Below are positions 50,548 to 61,519 of a DNA stretch of 64,000 nucleotides, one piece after another. How positions within the stretch are numbered: position 1 is the first letter of the stretch; every line of letters begins with the position of its first letter. Under the pieces are notes generated by a model. It saw nothing but the letters and a program-made list of their open reading frames with translations, ran no database searches and was not told where the DNA came from. The position numbers were made by a program, and so were the translations under genes. Location of the stretch: assembly GCA_020137815.1 (NCBI GenBank), contig CM035359.1:1674001-1738000 (forward strand). The letters run 5' to 3'. This DNA comes from Hormiphora californensis (Eukaryota > Animalia > Ctenophora).

Positions 50548-50798
50548 AATTACCTTACTCTCGTTAATTAAGCTCGCATATTTCAAGAAACTTTTAAATA
50601 AGAAACTTTTTTTCTAGGAAACTACAGGTCTAAGCAATCAAAAAACAAAAAGAATTTCTCCTTTATCAAGAAACTAAACAAGTTAGGGGTGTTCTATTTT
50701 GTTGTGGTGTCTCTGAATTGTGTAATTTACATTTGAAAAGTTTCTTAGGAAAAAGTTTCTTACTATAGCGTTTCTTAAAAAACGAGAGTAAGGTAATT
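50548..50798. mobile_element. Small element with terminal inverted repeats
   Basis: aattaccttactctcgtt...aacgagagtaaggtaatt; preceded by 25-bp tandem repeats. Confidence 0.6.
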
Positions 50799-50897
50799 CA
50801 TTAGCTACTTCCGGTTGGATTAATAATACAACGCTCCAAGATCTCACCCTGCTATTATATCTCTCAACTGACAACTAATCCACTGCACCAAATACAG

Positions 50898-51009
50898 GTT
50901 TGGGGGTGCTCTTGATGAGTCAGCTCGACAATTCTCTACCGCCTGGCAGAAGGGAAAGACCCCTCTGGAGTTTGTTAATGAGATGAGAAACGCCCACAAA
51001 TACATTCAG
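50898..51009 (+). CDS. ACLY: ATP-citrate lyase exon (orphan fragment)
   Basis: tacag|(R)FGGALDESARQFSTAWQKGKTPLEFVNEMRNAHKYIQ|gtacg, matching ACLY RFGGALD...P.EFVN.M. Confidence 0.88.
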
Positions 51010-51037
51010 GTACGTGTTGTATGGTATACATGTTATA

Positions 51038-51352
51038 CAGTCGGACCCCGATTTAGTGGCATCCTCGGGGGAAAACAATCCTGCCACTAAATCGGGGTGC
51101 CACTAAATCGGGGTCAAATAATGTTAATTTCCTATATCGGGGGAAAAAAATCCTGCCACTAAATCGGGGTGCCACTAAATCGGGGTCAAATAATGTTAAT
51201 TTCCTATATCGGGGGAAAAAAATCCTGCCACTAAATCGGGGTGCCACTAAATCGGGGTCAAATAATGTTAATTTCCTATATCGGGGGAAAAAAATCCTGC
51301 CACTAAATCGGGGTGCCACTAAATCGGGGGCCACTAAATCGGGGTCCGACTG
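51038..51352. mobile_element. pogo-type MITE with internal about 75-bp tandem repeats, in the ACLY intron
   Basis: TA-cagtcgg...ccgactg-TA; repeated unit translates DPDLVAPRFSGRIFFPRYRKLTLF. Confidence 0.9.
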
Positions 51353-51596
51353 TATATGGTACATGTTATAATATGGTACATGTTATATAGTACATTTTGT
51401 CAACGTTTAGTTTAAATAGTTAGTTGTGTACAACAAAGTTTGTCACTTGAAAAAGTGGGAGATTTTTTCGCGTGATACCGATTCAGATTTCTAAACTTCT
51501 GCTTCAATTAAATAATAATAATAATAACTATGTTTATATTCCGCCCATATCCGACAGGAAATAGAATATAAACTATCTTTCCCCCCACCCTCACAG

Positions 51597-51710
51597 GGTA
51601 TTGGACACCGAGTGAAATCTCTGAACAACCCCGATCAGCGAGTGACATCCCTGGCTGACTTTGCCAGCGCCAACTTCCCCGCCACACCCCTCTTTGACTA
51701 CGCCCGACAG
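51597..51710 (+). CDS. ACLY: ATP-citrate lyase exon (orphan fragment)
   Basis: cacag|GIGHRVKSLNNPDQRVTSLADFASANFPATPLFDYARQ|gtacac, matching ACLY GIGHRVKSINNPDMRV...FPATPLLDYA. Confidence 0.92.
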
Positions 51711-52070
51711 GTACACGATTGTTTTCATAGTTACCATAGCAACAAACTTCTTATTAGTGCATATATTTCGGTTACCATTTCGGTTACCATGTCGGTTACC
51801 ATTTCGGATACCATTTTGGTTACCATTTTGGTTAGAGTCAGCACGCGCGGCTTCTAACTTTCATAGTTGCAAGAGGCCGCGCGCGCTGGCAGAGCGAGAT
51901 TTATTTATTCGAGTCGATTCAATTTGTCCGACGTTTTCATATACTTCAACAGTTCCAAAACAACAAATCAAAGCATGTGTTAGCTGTCAACAAAATCAAA
52001 GTTATCACCAATCAAAGTTATCATAGATCCTAGTTAATCAGTTCTCTCCAATTAGCCAAGGTAGAACAAA

Positions 52071-54257
52071 ATGGCGACGAAGATGGTAAGCAGCATAGAA
52101 GCTTGGGACGGGAAAGCTGACTCTTTACGAGGATGGTTAGACCGTTTAACGCAACTATTTATCCTGAATGAAGCTACTTCAGAGCGGAGGGTTGCGTCCC
52201 TGCTTGTCCACATTGGAAAAGGAGGCTATAAGCTTTTGCAGGACCTGACTTATCCCGAGGCCCCATCAAAGAAGTCCTTCGCCGAGCTATCAGCCCTGCT
52301 CGAAGAGGGAGTGATGCCAACTGAGTTGGTAATAGCAGAGCGATCAAAGTTTTTTGTAATTGTGCAAGGGAGGAACGAGGAGTTGCTCGAATTCTCAAAT
52401 CGGATAAAAAGGAGGGCGGCAACTTGTGCGTTCCCCAAGGAATTCCTCGATCAGATGTTGAGAGACAGGCTGGTATGCGGATTGTTCAACGAACGGATCA
52501 AAGCACTGCTACTAGCCGAGAATCCTAGCATTACCTTCAACCAGGCGTTGGAGAAGATAAGACTAAAACTGACAGCAGGGGACGAAGCTCGAAAACTGAC
52601 AGTCCAAGTGAAACCTCCTTCTATCAAGAGTGAAGTTTTCGTAGTGGACCAATCATGGAAAGACATCAGGTGTCAGAAGTGCACGCTAAGAGGACATAGT
52701 GAGCATCAATGCCACACAAAGTGCCACAATTGCGGTAAAACTGGGCACATATCCGTGGATTGTAGGAGCAGACAGAGTGGTTCCTCATCCAGCAAGTCCT
52801 CATCGAGCAAGTCCTACAACAAGTCCTACAACAAGAAACATAGCAAGAAGAGAAACGTCGGTGCAGTCTACGAATTTGATGAAGGTGAGAATCCTAATTC
52901 AAATTATCACAGTGATCATAGTGTTGGTAGTCTCAGTGTAGACAACCTCAGCGTTAATCAAAGTAATCATAGTGCTGAAAAGCAAATCAAAGTAACACCT
53001 CCTTTCTGTTTCAGAAACGGAACCCTTGTTGTAACCGCCAAGATAGAAGGGTGTGAGGTGGAATTTACGGTTGATACTGGAGCTGCAGTTTCTTTCGTGA
53101 ATGAGGTAGTATATCATAGACTGTGTGAAAATGTACTGTGTACAGACACTAGTGTGAGATTGGCCGATGGGACCAAGTTGTCAGTGAAAAGATTTGAATC
53201 AGAGATCAGAGTTAACAACGTCACCCGATCCATTACGCTACATCATGCACCAGGCTTTTCTAATCTGTGGGGGAGGGATTTGCTATGTGAATTCAACCTA
53301 TGGGGAAACGTCCTGGGAGGTAGTGATCGAGTAGTGGGGGCGATATCGGAGAAATCGGAGTTTGAGCGAGAGGTACTCTCATCCCCAGCGTTTAGAGATA
53401 GTCTAGGGCTATACAAGGGGGGAGAGGCTAGAATACAGGTTAAGCTAGACTGCAAACCTGTGTTTTGTAAAGCGAGGACAGCTCCATTTTCTCTGAGAGA
53501 ACCGTTGAAGAAAGCCCTAGATGAGCAGGTAAACCAAGGTGTAATGATCAAAGTGGAGACATCTGAGTGGGCTTCACCCATTGTTGTAGTGGCGAAGCCA
53601 GATGGTAGCGTGAGAATTTGTGGGGATTACTCTGGAACAGTGAATCCGGTGGTAGACACTAGTATTTATCCTTTGCCGACCACTGAAGAGTGTTTCGCAG
53701 CTGTGAGTGGAGGAGTTAAGTTCACCAAGATTGACTTGAAGGCTGCTTATTCCCAGATTTCCTTGAATCCAGTTGATCAAGAGTTGCTCACTTTAAATAC
53801 CCCATTTGGTTTGTACAGATGGACCAGGTTACCTTTTGGGCTATCTTCCTCCTCTGCTATCTTTCAGAGAATAATGGATGAAGTGTTAGAAGGTGTTGAG
53901 GGTACTATCTGTAGAGTAGATGACATTCTGATCACAGCGCCTGATGATAAGACTCACCAGATGAGAGTGAGAGACGTGTTAGATCGGTTAGAGAAGGCCG
54001 GATTGCGTGCAAAGCCGAGTAAAACTTCCATTATGGTGGATAGTGTGGAGTACCTGGGATATAAAATATCCAGAGAGGGAGTAAGTCCATTGAGAGATAA
54101 AGTAGAAACTCTTAGTAAGATGGAGTTCCCTGAAGATAGATCGAAGTTAGTCACGTGGTTAGGAGCTGTGAGTTACTACAGTAGATTCATTCGAAATCTA
54201 GCTACACTTGCTGAACCATTGAACGGATTACGAAGTAAAGAGACTCCCCATGGGTAG
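52071..54257 (+). CDS. Gypsy gag-protease-RT
   Basis: LRDRLVCG, two CCHC knuckles, VDTGA, WASPIVVV, RLPFGL, RVDDILI, YLGY. Confidence 0.92.
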   Translation: MATKMVSSIEAWDGKADSLRGWLDRLTQLFILNEATSERRVASLLVHIGKGGYKLLQDLTYPEAPSKKSFAELSALLEEGVMPTELVIAERSKFFVIVQGRNEELLEFSNRIKRRAATCAFPKEFLDQMLRDRLVCGLFNERIKALLLAENPSITFNQALEKIRLKLTAGDEARKLTVQVKPPSIKSEVFVVDQSWKDIRCQKCTLRGHSEHQCHTKCHNCGKTGHISVDCRSRQSGSSSSKSSSSKSYNKSYNKKHSKKRNVGAVYEFDEGENPNSNYHSDHSVGSLSVDNLSVNQSNHSAEKQIKVTPPFCFRNGTLVVTAKIEGCEVEFTVDTGAAVSFVNEVVYHRLCENVLCTDTSVRLADGTKLSVKRFESEIRVNNVTRSITLHHAPGFSNLWGRDLLCEFNLWGNVLGGSDRVVGAISEKSEFEREVLSSPAFRDSLGLYKGGEARIQVKLDCKPVFCKARTAPFSLREPLKKALDEQVNQGVMIKVETSEWASPIVVVAKPDGSVRICGDYSGTVNPVVDTSIYPLPTTEECFAAVSGGVKFTKIDLKAAYSQISLNPVDQELLTLNTPFGLYRWTRLPFGLSSSSAIFQRIMDEVLEGVEGTICRVDDILITAPDDKTHQMRVRDVLDRLEKAGLRAKPSKTSIMVDSVEYLGYKISREGVSPLRDKVETLSKMEFPEDRSKLVTWLGAVSYYSRFIRNLATLAEPLNGLRSKETPHG

Positions 54258-55537
54258 TGAGAGATGAGCATAGAAGAGCATTTAAGCTAATCCAGAAACA
54301 GCTAATGTCTGATCAGGTATTAGTATTGTACAATCCTAAATTAGAATTGGTGCTGGATTGTGATGCATCTTGCTATGGCCTCGGAGCAGTGTTGTCCCAG
54401 ATAGAAGATGGAGTAGAACGCCCGGTCGAGTTCATTTCCAGGAAAATGACCACAGCAGAGCGTAACTATGCACAAATAGAGAGAGAGGCTCTTTCTATCG
54501 TGTGGGCGGTAAACAGGCTCCACCAATACTTGTATGCTCGTAACTTCACATTAAGAACAGACCACAAACCGTTAGTGGTGCTGTTCGGACCGAAGAAAGA
54601 CGTGAAATTAACAGCCCTGGGGAGGATCCAGAGATGGGGACTCATATTGGCCCAATACCGTTATAAGATTGAATTTCGAGGAACAGAGAAACATGCTAAT
54701 GCGGATCTGTGTTCCCGGTTTCCTCTCGAGTACCAGGGAGAGTCTTGGACGGCGGGGTTACCCTCAGTTAGTGCAGTTAGTGAGGGGGAGCGTACTTTAG
54801 ATTTGAAGTGGGTTTCGACTGCCACACGAACAGATCCCGTGCTTAGTAAGGTAGTGAGATGGGTCCAGACAGGCTGGCCCGCCCGAGAAGAGAGCAGTTT
54901 CAAAGATTTTAACTGTCGTAAGTTAGAGCTGACAGTGGAATCTGGATGTTTGATGTGGGGATCACGTGTAGTAATTCCAGAGAAGTTGAGATCTAAAGTG
55001 TTGAAGTTAATTCATGCTGTTCATATGGGACAGACAGCAATGAAGAGATTGGCCCGGGAGTACATCTGGTATCCAGGGTTAGATGGAGATATTGAGAAAG
55101 TGAGTGAGCAATGTGAGCAGTGTATTGTAACAAGAGATAAACCTGCACGAGCTACTCCTCATCCTTGGCATCCATCTAATCAACCCTGGGAGAGAATTCA
55201 CATTGATTTTTGTCAATTTGAAGGCAGTGATTGGTTAGTTGTAGTAGACAGCTATACCAAATGGATAGAAGTATTTAAGATGGGAAGTACCACGTCGGAG
55301 AAAACAATTAGTGTGTTGAGAAGATTGTTTGCTACATTTGGTATTCCTGAGGTGATTGTGAGCGATAATGGATCACAGTTTACTTCACACGAGTTTGATC
55401 AGTTTACGGGCAGCAACCGTATTAAACATATTAGGTCCGCTCCTTATTCTCCAAAATCTAATGGGGCAGCTGAGGCAGCTGTGGGAACATTTAAAAGGGC
55501 CATGAAGAAGGCATCTGATATTCCAATAGATTTGTGA
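54257..55537 (+). CDS. Gypsy RNase H plus integrase, after a frameshift
   Basis: CDAS.YGLGAVL, YAQIEREAL, TDHKPL, HHCC, RIHIDF, VSDNGSQF, SNGAAE; decayed tail continues to about 56270. Confidence 0.92.
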   Translation: MRDEHRRAFKLIQKQLMSDQVLVLYNPKLELVLDCDASCYGLGAVLSQIEDGVERPVEFISRKMTTAERNYAQIEREALSIVWAVNRLHQYLYARNFTLRTDHKPLVVLFGPKKDVKLTALGRIQRWGLILAQYRYKIEFRGTEKHANADLCSRFPLEYQGESWTAGLPSVSAVSEGERTLDLKWVSTATRTDPVLSKVVRWVQTGWPAREESSFKDFNCRKLELTVESGCLMWGSRVVIPEKLRSKVLKLIHAVHMGQTAMKRLAREYIWYPGLDGDIEKVSEQCEQCIVTRDKPARATPHPWHPSNQPWERIHIDFCQFEGSDWLVVVDSYTKWIEVFKMGSTTSEKTISVLRRLFATFGIPEVIVSDNGSQFTSHEFDQFTGSNRIKHIRSAPYSPKSNGAAEAAVGTFKRAMKKASDIPIDL

Positions 55538-55729
55538 GTATCCCAGTTTCTAATGTATCAGCACACCACCCCTGCGATAGCTACTCAGGTTGCACCTGCT
55601 GTATCCATGTTCGGTATAGAAGAACCCGGACACGTTTGTCATTCCTAAACCCTCTAGATCAGCCCGCAAAAGCAAGTATTCTTTCCAGGCGTGATCTAGA
55701 TATTGGCACTTCTGTGAAAGCCGATGTTA

Positions 55730-56067
55730 GGGCGGAATCACACCAAGATCTTCGAAAGAATTGTTTCGACGCACCAAACTCAATCACACTGAAAAGTATG
55801 GTTGGTTCTTCCCAGCAGGCGTTCAGTTGTTGTGAACGCCTGCTGTGCGCGGCGCATTGGCACGTGCATCTTGGGCGCTGGCAGGCTTTCACATGTTGTA
55901 ACATATAGAAGTCTGCCAGCGCCCAAGATGCACGTGCCAATGCGCCGCGCACAGCAGGCGTTCACAACAACTGAACGCCTGCTGTGAAGAACCAACCATA
56001 CTTTTCAGTGTGATTGAGTTTGGTGCGTCGAAACAATTCTTTCGAAGATCTTGGTGTGACTCCGCCC
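55730..56067. mobile_element. Fully palindromic Tourist/Harbinger MITE, TTA TSD, inside the Gypsy integrase tail
   Basis: tta-gggcggaatcacacc...ggtgtgactccgccc-tta; removing it restores ADVRGKWVAG. Confidence 0.92.
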
Positions 56068-56489
56068 TTAGGGGTAAGTGGGTTGCAGGAGTCGTGAGAG
56101 AGAAAGTGGGACTGGTTATGTATAAAGTAGAAATTGATGGGAGAATATCAATAATTATAAAGCATATTGACCAGTTAATAGCAACTTCACCTAAATCTGA
56201 GATCATAGGAGAGGAGGGGGATGATGAGTGGGATGAGTTACCGGTTATTTCAACTAATCCAGTTAACCATTCGAAAACACCCTGTCACTGTCATTATACA
56301 TTTTCCAAAACAGTGTCTGGCGGCAATTGTAGTCGCATTACCGTAATGGAATTACATTTACAGTAATGAGACGCAGACTTTGTATAACGCGTGGCAAAAA
56401 GTGCATTTGTCAGCACGTACTAGCGCCCTGATTGGCCACGGTTGCGCGTCGTCTTACTGTATCTCCGTTTTCCATTACCGACTACCGTT

Positions 56490-56710
56490 ACACGGGGGAT
56501 TACGGGGGCTCGAATAGATCGCCCGTACCAGTCGCCCGTACATTTGCTTTGCGCATTACGTTTCATCGCACTTTCTCCACAAATAAGGTACATGCGCGTT
56601 ACGCGCATGTGTTTTGTTGTGATGAAAGTGTGGTGAAACGTAATGCGCAAAGCAAATGTACGGGCGACTGGTATGGGCGTCTCATCCGGGCCCCCGTAAT
56701 CCGCTGCCTT
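56490..56710 (-). mobile_element. TSD-less element with asymmetric ends (Crypton-like?)
   Basis: acacgggggattacggggg...cccccgtaatccgctgcctt; shorter relative at 59959-60058. Confidence 0.6.
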
Positions 56711-57473
56711 ATCCCACTACAAGCGACCGGGTTACTCAATCTGAGCACAATTATATGATGCTCTCAGATTAGAGAATCAAAGCGGAGTCCGCCAGACAGA
56801 AACCGACCACAAAATTAAAAATAACGTGTTATTTTTATTTTTTGTAAATATAAATTTACTGTATACAGTCACACATTTCTCAACATCAGTATAACATATA
56901 CCATCAACAATCGTTCGTATCGGCTGTCTGGTGAGAATATCCCAAAGTTTGTAAATAATTTACTAAATTGGTCTCGAGCAATGAGCTATTTGTTGAGACG
57001 TAACGTCTAAAAGTACGTCTAAATTACGTCTGAAACGTCTTTACAACGTCTTTACTACTTCTATTATAGTGCGTCTACAGTACGTCTATAGTACGTCTAT
57101 AATATGTTTTTCTCGTCGCTAAGGCGTCTATAATACGTTTATACTTATACGTACATATTTTACTACGTCTGACTACGTCTTTAGTACGTCTTGAGTACGT
57201 CTGTCGCTAATACGTCTGTCGGTAATACTTCTATAATATACGTCTATAATACGTCTATAATACGTCGCTACTACGTCTATACTACGTCTCCCACAAATCG
57301 GTATTTGCCTTCATTTTTTTTCAACTGTTCTCCCCAAACTCGAGTGCATGTGTGAAATTGAACTGTGTTGGCAGCACGCACCTCACGTTAGTTTCTTTCA
57401 AATTCGTATCCTTAGTTCCAGTCTGGTCGTGCAGCTAGTTCCAGTCTGGTCGTGCAGCTCCCGGGCAAATCTA

Positions 57474-58676
57474 CAGGGTGTCCCACTGTCTTTGCATCAC
57501 CTGTGATTTTGGGTCATGACCGGACTCCATTAATCTAACCAAAACTCATCGAAAAATTGGTCAAAATGGTTCTAACAAAAACCAGTGTTCTAGAGAATTG
57601 TCTGGCGAACATTTTGGTGGCAAGATTGACGTTCCAAGTCTTACCAATCGTCAGATATATCGTCGTAAAGTCAAAAGTACGTGTTCATGAAATCCGACCG
57701 GGGTTCACGTTTTGAAAAATTCACAAATGCAAAGTTGCTCGGATCACATTGCATCCCTCATAAGAGTTGTAGGAAATTGTCTGGCGGTCATTTTGGTACC
57801 CGGGTTTTTGTCCTAGCTCAATGTTTAGAGTGTCTTATGACTGTCAGAACTGAAATTTTTCCAAAAGTGGTCTCAGGTATCGCATTGCAAATTGCCCTGT
57901 TATGAAGGTCATTGCTGCTTGAATAACATGTTAGCGCATGATAGGGTTGAGATAGACCACTTGCGTATCCTACACATTAACAGGGGCCTTGCCAAATCGT
58001 CATAACAACCCTGTCAAGTGTCTAGATGAAATTGAGACGATATGTGCTGATTATCATGGGATTACACACGACACCGAGCCACCTAATTAGGGGTTGTGAG
58101 CCGATACCAACTAAGACTCAGCATAGAACAATTTTCATGTTCCTACAGTCATAACGCAACTAAAACATAGAGCTATGGAAAAAATCATGGTATCAAAATG
58201 AACCTTAGACGATTCCAATGAAGCTCTTGTAAATTTCAAATCATTTTACCCATTTGTTGATGACACGTGATCCCCTCAAAAATGCTGGTTGAATTTCGTC
58301 TTTAGACAGTCATAAGACACTCTAAACATTGAGCTAGGACAAAAACCCGGGTACCAAAATGACCGCCAGACAATTTCCTACAACTCTTATGGGGGATGCA
58401 ATGTGATCCGAGCAACTTTGCATTTGTGAACTTTTCAAAACGTGAACCCCGGTCGGATTTCATGAACACGTACTTTTGACTTTACGACGATATATCTGAC
58501 GATTGGTAAGACTTGGAACGTCAATCTTGCCACCAAAATGTTCGCCAGACAATTCTCTAGAACACTGGTTTTTGTTAGAACCATTTTGACCAATTTTTCG
58601 ATGAGTTTTGGTTAGTTTAATGGAGCCCGGTCATGACCTAAAATCACAGGTGATGCAAAGACAGTGGGACACCCTG
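57474..58676. mobile_element. Tc1/mariner-type MITE, same family as 35647-36845, opposite orientation
   Basis: aaatcTA[cagggtg...caccctg]TActtcc versus empty aaatctgcttcc at 31991. Confidence 0.92.
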
Positions 58677-59958
58677 TACTTCCTGAAAAGATCAATGATA
58701 GTCATACTCCTGTCGAAACCCTCTCTTCCCGCGACTCTACATGGGTTTGAAAAAACAAGATAGCACATGAACTGTGGAGATACATGCACATTATTTCTTA
58801 CCAATTCTTCAAACAAATGTTTACGGACTCACAAAATTTCTTTCCCTTTCCGATTAGTTGGGCCGTGGGAATTCATCTCCCAGAGAAATGTCTAGACATG
58901 TACATCAAGTCAATCAATCAGCTGCGACAGAATTCGAAGCGGTGGGGGGGGGGTTACCACTACAAATAATATTATTACGATTTCTATCTTCATTGTGCCC
59001 ATGCCATTGGACCCTAGGGTGTATTACAACCCACCGATGCAATAAACTAATTGGTGCGGCCAGAGAATACATAACAAGTGAGGGACCAATAGCAGATTGA
59101 TCCCACAACCGTTTTTTCTCATATCTTAACACACTGGCAAAGTGTACTGCATTGGTGAATGCCCTCACTCACTCATCACAATATTTCGAGATCATTGTAA
59201 CTTTCCAACAGATATGGCATGAAATCTTTACACCTCACAATAGACTTACGACCTGATGACGTGTTAATGTCAAGTTACACAGGGGGGTTAGATAGGAAAA
59301 AAGAGAAGGGAGTAGAGGAGGGAAAGAGGGGAGAGGGAAGGGGGTGGAGAGTGTTGGATGGGAGCCGAAGTGAAGAGGGGTAGAAGGGGAAGGAGGGGCA
59401 AGGATATCCGCTATTGGTTCATCATGTTGATGATATCTTTGCGGCTTTTAACACTGCTGAACAGTACAAAAATTAAAATAATCATAATCATCAACAAGAG
59501 TATGGGTAACTCTTTAACTCACCATTTTCTTTTAATTGTCCAACTTTATTGTGCTTGCATGTCCTAGCCTCCTAGGCGACTCAACCATTTATTTTATTAT
59601 TTATAGTATTCGAATACTATAAACTAAAACCTCTTCTTCTTGGGTAGTACCGGTAACGGAAAGTAAGTTACACGACTTAACCCACGATATCTAAGTTGTT
59701 TAGACCATTATATCCTTAAATATCCTAACACTCGCCTTCTTGAATAGAGAATAGCTCTATGAGAGCATTTATTCTTTTTCCTCAAAATATATGTATGTAC
59801 ATATATAAATATTTATTGTATATCTATTCATACAATAATGGTCACCTTTGCGCTTGCCAGCGCAGTGATATAACACGTCGTTCTCCTGCATGAAGATCTC
59901 AAAATAAGAGTTCTTAAATACCCACCTGCATTTGCACCTTCAATAGATCCAGGATATT

Positions 59959-60058
59959 AAGGCAGCGGATTACGGGGGCCCTAATAGACGCCCGTATGAG
60001 CTGCCGGAGTTTCATCTATATACGGGCGATCTATTCGAGCCCCCGTAATCCCCCGTGT
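59959..60058 (+). mobile_element. 100-bp TSD-less element (family of 56490-56710)
   Basis: ggatatt[aaggcagcggattacg...cgtaatcccccgtgt]cagacgg versus empty ggatattcagacgg at about 34456. Confidence 0.8.
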
Positions 60059-60120
60059 CAGACGGTTTAGTTCGTCTAGTTTCTAACTCACAGCTGGCGT
60101 GCTTCAACTAGGTTTAAAAA

Positions 60121-61157
60121 TTACAACAGTACAATACATTCAGCAGCTTGACACGTATAACTGACCTTGACAGATCCCAGTATCCATTCCGTGGTTTTTT
60201 CGGAGCACGTTGCTCTGGCAACGGATGTTTTAGAGCACTTGACTGTCATCATGGTCCCTCTTTCTGCTCCAATCACCAGCTCTCCTTTTGAGTTTTCCTT
60301 CTCGGGGCAGTCTGAAAAGTGGTGTTTAGGATGAGTTATTCTCAGTTGTAACCGTATAGCGGTGTCCGTCATGGGATGCCTGACGGAGTACTTCTTTGAC
60401 GCTCAATATTAATCGATTAATCGATGACGGAGCACAGCTGAACAATATCTGGCACCGCCTGATGAACAATGTTTAGTACTTACAGACATGTCTGTAGAGG
60501 ATGGAACAATGTTTAGTACTTACAGACAGGTCTGTAGAGGATGGAATAATGTTTAGTACTTACAGACATGTCTGTAGAGGATGGGCTATGTTAAATACTT
60601 ACAGACAGGTCTGTAGAGGATGGAACCTTTGTCATGGTCTGGATTGAAAGAAAAGTCTTTCACTGTAACACCGGCCCAATGCGGGGCACAGTCATTCCCT
60701 CCATCTTCGAACATCAGTTCCAGCAACTCCATTCCGTTACACCCTATGATGAACGCTTCCTCCGTCTTGATAAGTTTCCAGGTGTTTATACTGTCCGTTG
60801 TTGTTGGCGGTTGTGGGTCAAACTTAACCCAGTCCGGTTCCGGCTGACAGTGACCTATTCCGTAATTGTAAGATGATCCGTCATAGCCTAACCCCATGGA
60901 ACCGATGTTAGTGTTGATTAAGACTTTCTTTTTGGCCGTTGCTTGCACTTCCAAACCCCGTGTGTCTAGATCATAACTCGTTGCAACACCTTTCTCCACT
61001 GGTGTCCAACCTACAACACAATTTTAATTGAAAAGAAGATAAATATATTTTCATAGAGCATTTGTAATTTATGTAATGAGTAATGACTGCTATTAAACTC
61101 ACCTTGAGGAGTTGCTCCTATTCCTGTTACCAGGGCAACAAACAGAAGCAGATTCAT
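60121..61157 (-). CDS. Secreted protein B: paralog of A lacking the F5/8C domain
   Basis: Exons 61157-61103 (MNLLLFVALVTGIGATPQ), 61010-60603, 60311 to about 60121; 1-nt indel versus A near 60181. Confidence 0.78.
60465..60625. repeat. 40-bp tandem repeat x4 spanning a splice donor
   Basis: aacaatgtttagtacttacagacatgtctgtagaggatgg units; single copy in paralog A. Confidence 0.9.
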
Positions 61158-61304
61158 TGCTACTGAAAAGTGGGTGTTTTGGTTGGATTATAAACTGTTT
61201 GCCGGAAATGTGATACCGAATGCTGCAGTGATGAGCTGCTCCTTCATTAAAAAAGCTTCCATATCATCAGCCTAACCTCACATGGGTATCTAACTATATG
61301 ACAC

Positions 61305-61375
61305 CCTATCGTCAATGTGACGACGTGATCCGTCAGCGTGACGACATGATCCGTCAGTGTGACGACGTGATTCGT
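61305..61375. repeat. 21-bp tandem repeat
   Basis: gtgacgacgtgatccgtcagc about three times. Confidence 0.85.
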
Positions 61376-61519
61376 AGGTATCACGTATCACACGTGTTGA
61401 GAACTGCTTGCGACTTGAGCGGTCACATCACATGTATAAAAGGGAGAGAAAGAGAGAAAAATAGAGGGATCACATCACATAGCATATAGCAGACAGGCAG
61501 AGAGAAAAACAGACCCCTC

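Larger units (their letters stand above)
52060..56290 (+). mobile_element. Ty3/Gypsy (Mag-like) LTR retrotransposon remnant; no paired LTRs seen
   Basis: aaca-aaa-TGGCGACGA primer-binding-site-like motif at 52072; gag-pol domain order PR-RT-RH-IN. Confidence 0.9.
57402..61225 (+). repeat. Segmental duplicate of 31950-35390 plus 37507-37621
   Basis: Colinear from ttcgtatccttagttccag to accgaatgctg, differing by independent insertions. Confidence 0.92.

Noticed and set aside
51053-51364. Repeat protein or CRISPR-like array
   Set aside because: Identical tandem units without unique spacers inside a TA-flanked MITE; eukaryotic context and no cas genes
51655-51672. ttgccagcgc in the ACLY exon resembling the HINE hairpin
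   Set aside because: Encodes FASA in frame and lacks the 5' stem; likely coincidence
59280-59400. Purine-rich insert unique to the second duplicate
   Set aside because: Looks like low-quality read noise within an indel-rich stretch
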